28,016 nt of DNA, taken from assembly GCA_001687465.1 (NCBI GenBank), contig LVLI01000281.1, forward strand, positions 124,001-152,016. Reading direction: 5' to 3'. Under the pieces are notes generated by a model. The model saw only the letters and a program-made list of their open reading frames with translations. It did no database searches and was not told where the DNA came from. Numbering within the stretch: the stretch's first letter is position 1; each line of letters opens with the position of its first letter. Of the stretch, positions 12,600 to 22,902 are shown piece after piece. Source of the stretch: Halocafeteria seosinensis (taxonomy: Eukaryota). The position numbers and the translations under genes were made by a program.

Positions 12600-13169
12600 C
12601 TCTTACCCGTATATTTCCCCTGGACGATACTTACTGCCGGTACTATGAACTTGCGAAATTCCAAACACCCCGGTTGAACACCATGATCTTGCGTGCCACA
12701 TCGATACCGATACAAGTTGTAGTGGATGTCGTGATTGCAAGAACAGCTGGACTACACGTTGAACTGAAAACCATGAGACTCATTTGTAAACCATGGTAAA
12801 GCCTTAAAAGAGTAAGGATGGTAGACTTCTCGTTCGGCGACTATTGCATTCGATAATAAACGAAGCAACTCTTTCCCATTGTTCAAGTACAGATTGTAGT
12901 TGACATACTATACACTGCATCCCGGGTTAGGGTCGAAGCCTTATTTTCGTAGATACCATAAGGACCACACGGCTTCTGGGGAGCAATGGTACGAATACAC
13001 ACTCCCATACAATGTACCATGGTATGCATGAGGTGGAAGCTTACTTGTTTTCCGCAAAGATTCAGTGCAAATACACACACACACGTCCCCCTCCCCTGGA
13101 GAGTATTGATAGGATTGAAAACGTTGGTACGATACGACTGGTGCTGAACTTTGTCATCTGTCTGTCTGT

Positions 13170-15917
13170 GTGTGTCGTGTAGGGAGCATGCAACAGGAGA
13201 CGACGTGGTACTCGGGGCAAACTCTTTGGATTCCCCCCTCCACCATGGAGACGACGAGCACAGGCGCCTCTGGAGGAGGAGGGGTGACGGCGTCGTTGAC
13301 ATCCTCGCAAATATTGTTTCGCGTGCTGTGGGGCCCGTTTGCGGGTGTATGGGACAAAAAATCATTCTGTTTTGCGGGTATACCCCTTCGGCAATGGATG
13401 TGGCGTCGGCCTGGAACCGGGAATTCAGTTTCTCCACCTTGTACAGCTGATACAACGCCACCAGACACTGCTAGTAGTTCTCCCATGGACGGTGCAGGGC
13501 CGTCTAAACAAGATAAGAAGAGTGGGTCATCACACAGCGCCTCGGCTTCGGCAGCCAGCAGCCAGAGCTTGGAAGAGGATACGGTGTGTGAGCTCTCAGG
13601 GTTCGAACATGTGCATGGAGATGGGAAGTCTCCTGTCAGTCTGACGTGTGAATTGCCCCTGGAAGCGAGGAAGAGGAAAGCATCCCGGAAAGGGCGTCCG
13701 ATTGGCACCGTCAACCAAGTCCCCTCGATCGCTATTGAAGGAGGACAACATCAGCGCTATATGAAGGACTCCCCTTCTCGGACGAATGCACGACAGTATA
13801 CACCTTCTGTATCAATATTTGCATTGGCTGGCAACGCTGTTACTAACAACTATCATAATAAGTGCATCGAAATCTGGCGTATATCCGAGAGTCTGCACAG
13901 GTCATCAAACGAAAATCCTGGGGACATAACCAGACAGAAACCGTGGGTTTCCTGCCAGTTGCCGTCTCGGTATACAGATGGTTCTTCCGACAATTGGCCT
14001 TTATTCACCTGCATCGAGACAGTGTGCCCAGGGATAAACTGCTCCTCGTCTCCTGAATCCACCAGTGTTGGGCTCTGGGCGTATCAACGATGCGTTGAAG
14101 CCTTGTCGCAGCACTTTGGAATGACTGCCGATAGAACATGGAATATTGTAAAGCAAAGCGTATCTAACTTACCTGCTCCTCTAGTCAACGGTGCTTGGAA
14201 AACGTGGAATCGAACGAAGGCGAAATATCAGGGTTGGGCTTCGTCACTCTCAGAAGAAACACCAAGACCTTTCAAATTTAGCAGTACGTACTCGGAAAGT
14301 GATATGTGTGCCGAAGCTGCTGTGTGGCTTACACATGGCTCTGGTGGATTGGTGCTTGCCAGCGACACATTCGGAGAAGTGCATTTTTGGGGCCTCCCTT
14401 CCTGTCTTATGGATGCCAATGGCGAAGAAGCTCACTCTGAACACGTTGACTCGTCACTGAATACCTGTACCAACATCTTGACACGGAAACCTATATATTC
14501 CATCGACTCACGCTTCGACAGCAGCGAGTATCCGATTCAAGTGGTATCCCTTATTTGGCTTGGATTCATCACCGATTTAATCCCTGATCCGTCCTCGGGC
14601 GAGACCCATTCGCCACAGCACAAGCATCGGAAAATCCCTTCGGTGAATCCGAAGAGCTATACTCAGCAACTGCTTTGGAAGCATCGTTATTGTCCATTTT
14701 TTGCTATCGCTTATTCTGACTCTATGGTGCTGCTTTGCTGTTTGACCACGGGTGCTGAAGCTGTGAAAACGATAGCTACAGTGGATGTTGCCGCTGCTCT
14801 CAGTTTCCACCAGATAACCGAGCCAGATTACCGCCCACACCTTACTAAAGCCTTGTGGAATCCCTCATATCTTGGTGTTCGACCAATACAAACAGATAAT
14901 GAGTATTCGGGAAAGAGAATAGGCACAGCATCGGGGCTTGGTTTGGTCTTGTGTTTTGAGGACAGTTTGACCGCTCAAGTTGATATCCTTCGGGGTTTCT
15001 CAAGAGTGGATGCCACTGCAGATATTGGAGGAGAACTTGTTTGGCATTCTCGTCCGCCTGCTTGCTTTGGGCTTCAAACCCTAACACCGTCATGCATGAT
15101 CCTTCATCCAGTGCAACCTGTATTCCTCATTGGGTATAAATGTACGTCTGAGACGGATAATTTATCTTCATTCCGAGTGGCTGTCGTCAGCGGCACTACA
15201 GGAAACGTCGACCATTTTTTGGAAAAGCCATTCTTACGATGTAAGACTTCCTCTACAGTTGAAGTCGTTGCATTGGCCCTTGATTCGACGGGATCTCGCT
15301 TGGTAACGAGTGTATCTAGTGGGGATTGTGGGGAAGTGGCTGTCTGGAACATGCAAACTCAAAACGCTATGTCGTGCGCTCTCTGTTCATCATATGTCTC
15401 TGGTATCGAGGTGTTGCCGGAAATTTCTCCCATCGATTGGCCCTTAGAAGAAACACTAGTATCGAAGGAAAGGCCATCGTGGGCTAGTAAGGCCTGGCAG
15501 CATATGCTGCTGACGATGTTCGGCCCAGGGGTCTCCGTTTATTCGTATAGGGTACCAGTTACGAGCACTGGCTCCCAGGTCCGGGAACAATATCCGTCTG
15601 ATCCTAGAAAATCATCCTCTAGATCCTCTAATCTAGCTCGGAAGTACGGACATAAAATCCCTTCGAGTAAAGGCAAGAAGGCTTACAAGAGCTATGAGTC
15701 CAGTTGTAGTTCAGAACAATTCGCTTCATGCGAAGGAGCAGCAACTGCGGAAACAGCTGAAGACCCTTCAGGGTCAAAAAACACCGGCAAACCTAAGTCG
15801 CTTAGTAGCACACGCGGCGGCAGAGGGAAAGGGAAGGGAAGATTGGGAAAACTCGACAAAGAGGCTAGTGAGGCTCTGAAACGAGCGTACTACGGTTCTG
15901 GATCAGACCAGACATGA
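13170..15917 (+). CDS. Large intronless ORF, probable divergent WD40/beta-propeller protein; start uncertain (ATG at 13485 plausible)
   Basis: 915-codon open frame. WD-like strands include LVLASDTFGEVHFW, ILHPVQPVFLIG and VVALALDSTGSRLVTSVSSGDCGEVAVWNM. Both termini are basic or low complexity. Confidence 0.6.
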   Translation: MCRVGSMQQETTWYSGQTLWIPPSTMETTSTGASGGGGVTASLTSSQILFRVLWGPFAGVWDKKSFCFAGIPLRQWMWRRPGTGNSVSPPCTADTTPPDTASSSPMDGAGPSKQDKKSGSSHSASASAASSQSLEEDTVCELSGFEHVHGDGKSPVSLTCELPLEARKRKASRKGRPIGTVNQVPSIAIEGGQHQRYMKDSPSRTNARQYTPSVSIFALAGNAVTNNYHNKCIEIWRISESLHRSSNENPGDITRQKPWVSCQLPSRYTDGSSDNWPLFTCIETVCPGINCSSSPESTSVGLWAYQRCVEALSQHFGMTADRTWNIVKQSVSNLPAPLVNGAWKTWNRTKAKYQGWASSLSEETPRPFKFSSTYSESDMCAEAAVWLTHGSGGLVLASDTFGEVHFWGLPSCLMDANGEEAHSEHVDSSLNTCTNILTRKPIYSIDSRFDSSEYPIQVVSLIWLGFITDLIPDPSSGETHSPQHKHRKIPSVNPKSYTQQLLWKHRYCPFFAIAYSDSMVLLCCLTTGAEAVKTIATVDVAAALSFHQITEPDYRPHLTKALWNPSYLGVRPIQTDNEYSGKRIGTASGLGLVLCFEDSLTAQVDILRGFSRVDATADIGGELVWHSRPPACFGLQTLTPSCMILHPVQPVFLIGYKCTSETDNLSSFRVAVVSGTTGNVDHFLEKPFLRCKTSSTVEVVALALDSTGSRLVTSVSSGDCGEVAVWNMQTQNAMSCALCSSYVSGIEVLPEISPIDWPLEETLVSKERPSWASKAWQHMLLTMFGPGVSVYSYRVPVTSTGSQVREQYPSDPRKSSSRSSNLARKYGHKIPSSKGKKAYKSYESSCSSEQFASCEGAATAETAEDPSGSKNTGKPKSLSSTRGGRGKGKGRLGKLDKEASEALKRAYYGSGSDQT

Positions 15918-16116
15918 ACTTGCTAGCCTTGTCGCTCTTAGAGAGGGATATTATATACAGTAAAATTGAAAAGTACTGCTTAAGGGTTTGGATGCTTGTG
16001 TTGAATATTGCCGACTGCGAATCGAGGTCCCCTACAGTGTGGGGAACTATTGACGACAGACGGCTTTCCTGGTGGGGCGAAGTGACATAAATGTTTCTCT
16101 CGACAAGAATATCCGA

Positions 16117-17301
16117 TCATTCATTATTAGTGCCACCACCACCTATGCATGACAGAAGGAAGAGAAACAGTTGAATGACATCAATATAAAGGCACAGGGC
16201 CGCCAGTACGTAATCGTCGACACTGAACTGGTATTGACGGTGCTTTCCCCCAAGGATCTGTTGGGTGTCCCACACGATGAAAACGGAGAACGCAATTGCA
16301 CCTAGGCCGGCGTATACTATTCGCATAGCTGGAACAGCAATTGAAAGAGTCCCCGCAAAGATCAAAATCATCATCAGAGAGAACATTGCACCGCTTCTGA
16401 AAGTAAAGTCTATGCTTCTGAAAGGGACATATTGGGTAGAAACGGATTCACGGTCTGATATTCTTGCTAGAGAGCGTTCAACACAACTTACGTTTGGTAC
16501 GCAAGTCCCATTAGCCCGAGAAACGCCACGATAGTCAGTCCAACCGCCATAAGGACTGCGTTAGTGTCGTAGTACGACGATACTACCCCGATCAAGTATG
16601 CTTCGAAAACGCTGTGAGGAAACGAAGTAGCAACTATCTCCACATTTCTGAAACTCAAATAAACCAGTGGACCTACGTAAAGAGTAGCAAGCACATGTAG
16701 TTCCGAGGATACTTCCTAGCGACGTTTGGGCAACAGAGTAGAGCGGCCATGAATCCGAGGGTTAAGAAAAACGCCAGCCAAAACAAGACTGGTGACTGCT
16801 GCACAAAGTCTTTAACTGATCCAACAAACATGAAGACAGTCGTAATCCCGAAACTAAAGAGCAACTGTACAATGAGGATGCCATATACCTGCATATTCGT
16901 TAAAAGGGTTGTAGTCAGTTTTGTATGCTAGTGAATTCCGTTCAAACTGGTTGCATCCCCCGCACCTTCCGAATAAACCCCAACCTGAGCAGCTTATCTG
17001 CTTCGTCAAGTGCTTGTTCAGCAACTGATAGGTTCCCCGCAGGAGTCTTGGGACCTGAAGTTCCATATTCTGATTTCCCAAATTGATAGGGTTCATTCCC
17101 TCGCTCAATATCCTTTATAAATTTTCCTCCTTTAGCAGTGGCCCCGGGACCAATCGGATTTCTTATCATTTGTACCGATTGAGGGGCACCAGATTCACTA
17201 AGGCCTGATGCTGATGCGATGTCACCAGTGGTACCGACGGATGCATCGTAACCAGTTGCAGCACCTGTTGGAGTTCCCATCTTACTATCTCCGGTCTGCA
17301 T
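16117..17301 (-). CDS. TMBIM/Lifeguard (Bax inhibitor-1 family) membrane protein, copy A; exons 17301..16966, 16888..16677, 16611..16492, 16417..16117
   Basis: Motifs LRLGFIRK|VYGILIVQL, ARKYPRNY, QTSIDFT, WDTQQILGGKH, DDYVLAALCLYIDVIQLF. About 7 hydrophobic helices and three canonical introns. Confidence 0.92.
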
Positions 17302-18422
17302 TATAGTTGCTTACGCCTTTTAGACGAAATTGGTATATCAAATTGCAGACACGCTGGGAAACGCTCGCACAGTTGTTCGCTGGCATGACACCGGTATCAT
17401 TTGATTTAACTGGGTCTCACTAACCTTTTTGGCCATGCAAACAGAAATTAGTGGTAGTTTGCAACCCAAATCTCCAAAATCATGGATGCCCATTTGTCCA
17501 GGCATGAACTACTCGTTTGACACCGTGTCAATGACACGTCAGATTGGCTTCCAGGACAGCTGTCACTTCGGGATGAGAAGTGTTATCACTATTGAAGCGT
17601 GAGACGTGCGGAGTAATAGTACCCTCAGAGCAAAAATTCTTTGGGTTAGAAAACACAAGCGAGTATTGACAAAGCACGTACTAATACCGGTTTGTATGTT
17701 TGCCCCTTTATCCATGTATTACCATTGCTTCTGTCAGAGCTACATAGCCAACCACATGTCTAACAGTACAGTGTACAGTTTTCTCCCCCGGGAACTGAAT
17801 CGCAATGAAATCGGTCGCCGAGTCCTCGCCTTGAATTTAAATTTGAATTCTTCAATCAAGATCTGCAATCCAACAACTCTTTCAGCAGGAATAAGTACAA
17901 CACACAAACGCGCCACGGCTGCGTTAGCAGTGCTCCGCTGATAGGATAAGAAAACCTCTATTAATACAGCGTCAAACTAGCCCCCTAGACGCCAACAGAA
18001 CCAAGGCACCACCTATTTGCATCATCCTTGTGCAGTGGAGGCATGTCGTTGCGCTGACGAGATACGAGGAGCATGATGGGTGGAAGCGTGCGACAAGGTG
18101 TCCTTCGGGCACCTGGCTACAGACTACGAAAAACTCTCGTTTGCTCCATATCTACAACGTTGCATCCTCTGGCCAGGAGTAGTGAGTAATTTCTATTCAA
18201 TGGTATACCAGTTTTCTACATATTCCTATGTAAAGCATACTGCACAGAGACTTTGACAGGAGCGCACGTTCCGCTTAGGCGAACACCGACAATTATCGTG
18301 TTCCACTGAGGATAGGTTGCTGCAAAATGAAAGATGAATGAAGAAATCACAGTGACCAACTGTCTACTCTCTTGATCCGTCGCTAGAAAGTCACCATACG
18401 TAACACCACAAGGCGTCTCAGA

Positions 18423-19566
18423 TTATTCATTGCCTCCACCACCAAGCAGTGAAAGGAGAAACAGGAACAACTGGACTACATCAATGTAAAGGCTCAGGGC
18501 TGCGAGCACGTAATCGTCGATGCTGAACTGATATTGCCGATGTTTGCCTCCGCATATCAGTTGTGTGTCGTATACAATAAACGCGGAGAAGACAAGTGCA
18601 CCGAGCCCAGCATATACTACCCGTAATGCAGGAATGAATATAGAGAGGATTCCGCACAAAATTAAGATGATGAGCAGAGCAAACATGGTACCGCTCATAG
18701 TGGTAAAGTCAATCTTCCTGCGCTCCAGATCGGCCTCAATAGTTACAGTCCGAAACAGAAACTTTTAACGAACCAAGAAAACAACTTACGTTTGATATGC
18801 GAAGGCTGTTAGGCCGAGAAAGACCGCAATCGTTAATCCTACCGCAATGAACACGGCATCGGTGTCATAGAACGAGCTTACAACGCCGATCAAGTAAGCC
18901 TCGAAAATGCTGCAAGGAGACAAGATCCAGTTATGCCGGAGATACCGCGAACAAAGTGAGACGCACATACGTGAAGAGTGCTAAGCAGACATAGTTTTGT
19001 GGATACTTTCTAGCCACACTCGGAACACATGCAAGGGTGATCAGGAAGCCGATGGACAAAATCCATGCCAGCCAGAATAAGCCCGGAGAACTTTGGACGA
19101 AGTCCTTTACGGATTCCACGAACGTAAAAATAGCGGTAATTCCGAAAGTGAAGAGGAGTTGCACAATCAGGATTGCATACACCTGTAGTCGCACATGAAT
19201 TAAGGTGGTGTGGTATCACACAGGGTTGTTGCAGTAGAATGCAACCGACTGAAAACCTACCTTTCGAATAAAGCCCATTCTCACAGCTTTATCAGCTGCG
19301 TCCAGAGCTTGCTGTTCACCAGCCGAGAGGCCCGGAGGCGGAGCCCCTCCGCCATGATGCATTGCAACGTCCGAACCACTGTAGGCATTGCCTCGTTCAG
19401 GGTCCCGAACAAATACGCCAGCAGGCGGCGCATGCGCTGCCGTAGCGGCGCCTTCTCGAGAAGGATCGTACGCGTTTTTAGTGCCCGTTGTGTAAGCGGG
19501 AGCTGGCTGTTGACGGACGTGTACAGGATGTCCGTACGCCGAAGGATAGCCGGAACCGGCCTTCAT
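18423..19566 (-). CDS. TMBIM/Lifeguard (Bax inhibitor-1 family) membrane protein, copy B; exons 19566..19261, 19182..18971, 18909..18790, 18717..18423
   Basis: Motifs VRMGFIRK|VYAILIVQL, ARKYPQNY, QTKIDFT, YDTQLICGGKH, DDYVLAALSLYIDVVQLF. Intron positions and internal exon lengths (212 and 120 nt) match copy A. Confidence 0.92.
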
Positions 19567-20590
19567 TGTCCTCTATACAGCCGGCAACCGAGGGATAAAG
19601 TGGCGAAGTTACTTCAAGCAATCTGTCTCCCAGCGATAAACCAAGGCACCACTCCCCTAAACGCCCACAGTCACGAGATGCGTCAATGTACAACTGTTAA
19701 GGTATACTCTCTGCTTGCAGAATTCTGCGTATACACGTCATCAATTCCACCCCAATGTTAGGAACTACTCCACAACTTCAACTTGACACGTCACTCCATA
19801 ATGAGTGATTAATATCACTGATTACACTGCAATGAAATATCGTGGACTGTGTTCTATTCGGATATTCGGGCATCGATGGTAGGTGCTTCGGGAACTTGCT
19901 TCTCAATATATTACATCTATAAAACATACTATGAATCCCCTTGCTACTTGAAGTATAGCAACATGCTCAGCAGGCGCAATCTAATGGTTTACACGTACGA
20001 CATGAAGAAGGCAAACGAAGCTTGTTGGGGAGATCTGGTCTCGGAGGTGGAGACATTTAAGCAGTCTAAACAGCAGGTCAGGTGATAGGGGTCTACGACA
20101 ACCTGATAGACTCTGGGTTTCCTATTCCGTCTGCCGAAGGAAGAGAAGAGAGCCGCTTTGCCGTCTGAGAAGCACAACGTGGTGTGTCTGGGAGGATAAG
20201 AATTGTCAAGGATATTCATAGGTAACAGAAACTCCACCAACGAGCGAGAGTGGTTCAAACCAAGTCGAAAGAGACATGCTGTTGAGAGAAGAACGTCTTC
20301 ACTAGCCGAAAGTACAGTTTGATCGCTTAGCTAGTTTGTATGATTTGGTTGTCCGCGTACAGGCTCTGAACTATTGCGGGTACCGCGATGGGAAACGCTA
20401 TGATTCGTAACGGTGAAACGGACATTGGAGTCCTCTCTGTTCAGTAAATTACTATGCGAGAGGGTGAATTCGCTTTATGTTATCATCTTTTCAGTACCTA
20501 CTCTGTCAAATCATCAGAGAATTCCTTCATACACACACACACAAATGTGACAGATAGCCCACCGGCCGGGAAGTTGACCGCATCCTCTTT

Positions 20591-22902
20591 CCTTCATACA
20601 ACTGCTGTTTGTTTCTATGTATCTTCTTTTCGTCTTCTGTACCCTCTTCCTGAGGCAACTTGACCAATCGTGTAGCATGACTCCATGAGTTGGGCTACTA
20701 CCCAGACTTTCAGTGGTACTTCCTCAGCTACTTTGATTGCCTCCGTATCCTTTGTGAAATATCAGGTTGCGGATCAACGCTCTGTCTCTAATACCCAGAA
20801 GTTCCTTCACCCTTTCTGATCCCGAGTTTGTCAGCTACCATTCTATCTCTTTTCGGAAGGCAAGAATCCTATAAGGTCCTATCTAACGATGCTCCATAAC
20901 GCGGTAGGCACCATTTCGTCGTCGTTGTGCAACAATTCACAATACTTCTTCTGTTCTCTGAGTATGATTCTATCTGCTCGTTTAGCCTTTCCCGTGATAA
21001 CGAGAATTGGAAGGCTTGGCGCTACCGATGCCTTCCTTGGACATAAAATTTCCGTTCGGCAGTATTGCAATAATGGGAAGCCGTCGGCTTAATGCATCTC
21101 ACGGCGGAAACCATCAGCTCATATCTCTCGTCCCAAACCATTGTTTAGAACTTTGACGCAGCGATGCGAGTGGCTCCTTGTTGGCAAATGTCGCAGTGTG
21201 AATTTCGCCTCGTCAGTTACGTACTATACCTATTTGGACTGAATTATTTGAGGCCACGGAAAGCTGAAACAATCGCCACCGTCCTCATCGGAGACTCAAT
21301 GCGCACACCGGAAACGGGCGCAGCCAAACAGGAGAGCGACAGGAAGAGATACAGTATGATACTCCCTTATGCAAGAGCATCGGAGGCAACAAGAGCTGCA
21401 ATCAGAAGCTAAAGAGAAGAGACACGCCTGCAAGCAGTAAGAGCCGTGTACTTGTGAGCGACAAATTTTTCTCCCCAGCAAATGCCTTATTATGCATGAA
21501 AATGGAACTGCTCCTCTTGACGACCTACTTATACCCTTTTCAAACGGCAAAGGAAGCGAGCTGCTCGTGATGACCGGAGACGATGGATCTTGAGATTTTG
21601 GAACTGCGTAAAACGGGAAATGATGCTCATGGGTGCTACTTGATAAGTATCGGAGGCAAAGAAACCACTTTAATTGCATCACCTAACTATGCTATTTGCA
21701 AGGAACAATGACGCCGATTTTTCCGACGATGACTTGTGAGCACTGGCTGACGGCCTGCCCACTATTTCCGTCCTAGCAACCAAAGATGTAAGCAACGCCG
21801 CTAGCCGAACCGTTAGAGTGATCGTCATTTCGGAAAGTGCTAGCCTAGGCTAGCAAAACTTTCATCATTGCTACTACAGATGTCGCCTTGTTACTATTAG
21901 CAACTAGAGATGTAAGCAGCGCCGCTCGCCAAACCGTTAGAGTGGTCGTTCTGTCGGGAAGTGCTAGGCTAGCAGAAAGAAACGCCTTCATCGTTGCTGC
22001 TACAGATGTCGCCATTGCTACTGCTACTAAGTCACCGATGTCGCATCATCGTCCATTCATTCCGGGTAAGTGATAAGGGAGTTGGACCTACTGGTAGTGT
22101 TTCTGTACAATTAGCGTGTCTTCCGTGGATTCATACTCCGCAAAATTATTTCTATCAGTCCAAAAATTTACCGTGGATAAAGGGATGGCTGAATGCCACA
22201 GTCTGCAACTACTGAGTCTTACGAAGCCGAGCTTCCCCGATAAGTTGAAAGGCTAAGTGCGGATGAACTCATGTAGGAAAAACCCGTTGTTGGTGGGGGC
22301 ATGCTAAATTTAAGCCGGTTAAGTTTCGAGTCCCACTACTGCATAAAATGTCACTCATTAACTATATTGGGCTACGCCTCCACGTTACTCTTGATTCATG
22401 CCTTGAAATGCTTTGCCAAACATCTTCAGCCTTTTACTGTGCGCTTGGATCTATGAGCAGCCAGTACAATGACCCCGTCAGTATGTTCGTTTGGTTTACC
22501 CGTAACCGAAGCACTACTTGTTTCAGAAGGTGTCGGTATAGAGCTTCGTGTTGGAGTTGAGCTCGACGATGACGTCCCTGTCATAATCGGAGAACTAGTG
22601 GTAGAAAATGAAGCCGAGCTAGTAGATGTCCAAGTTAGACTGGCACTTGTAGTACTTGACGGGCTCTCCGATCTCGTGGCCGTCGACGTGAGAGTGGAAC
22701 TTTGGGTTGGTGTCAAAGTTGGCGTGGGGCTTGCCGTTCCAGTTGGAGTCCTTGTTTGGCTGTGCGACGACGATGACGATGACGATGGAGTGGTACTCGC
22801 AGAGGAGGATGAGCTGCTTGAAGGAGTCTCCGACCTTGTCGTTGTCGTGGAACTTTGGGTCGGTGTCAAAGTTGGCGTGGGGCTTGCCGTTCCAGTTGGA
22901 GT
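20591..22902. repeat. Left arm of a long inverted duplication (pairs with 25675..28016)
   Basis: The reverse complement of the window's last bases (ccttcatacaactgctg...) starts at 20591, and the match continues to 22902. The ORF track shows mirrored ORFs. The arm may extend further left, because its partner is cut by the window end. Confidence 0.97.
21773..22023. repeat. Diverged two-unit tandem repeat, period ~125 bp (mirrored at ~26570-26820)
   Basis: tagcaac-n-agatgtaagca-cgccgct...accgttagagtg-tcgt...aagtgctag...ctacagatgtcgcc occurs starting at 21773 and at 21898. Confidence 0.85.

Noticed and set aside
20879..21682. Small ORFs 'conserved' in both arms
   Set aside because: Their identity simply reflects recent duplication. 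One is frameshifted by the 14-bp indel, and none has a recognisable motif.
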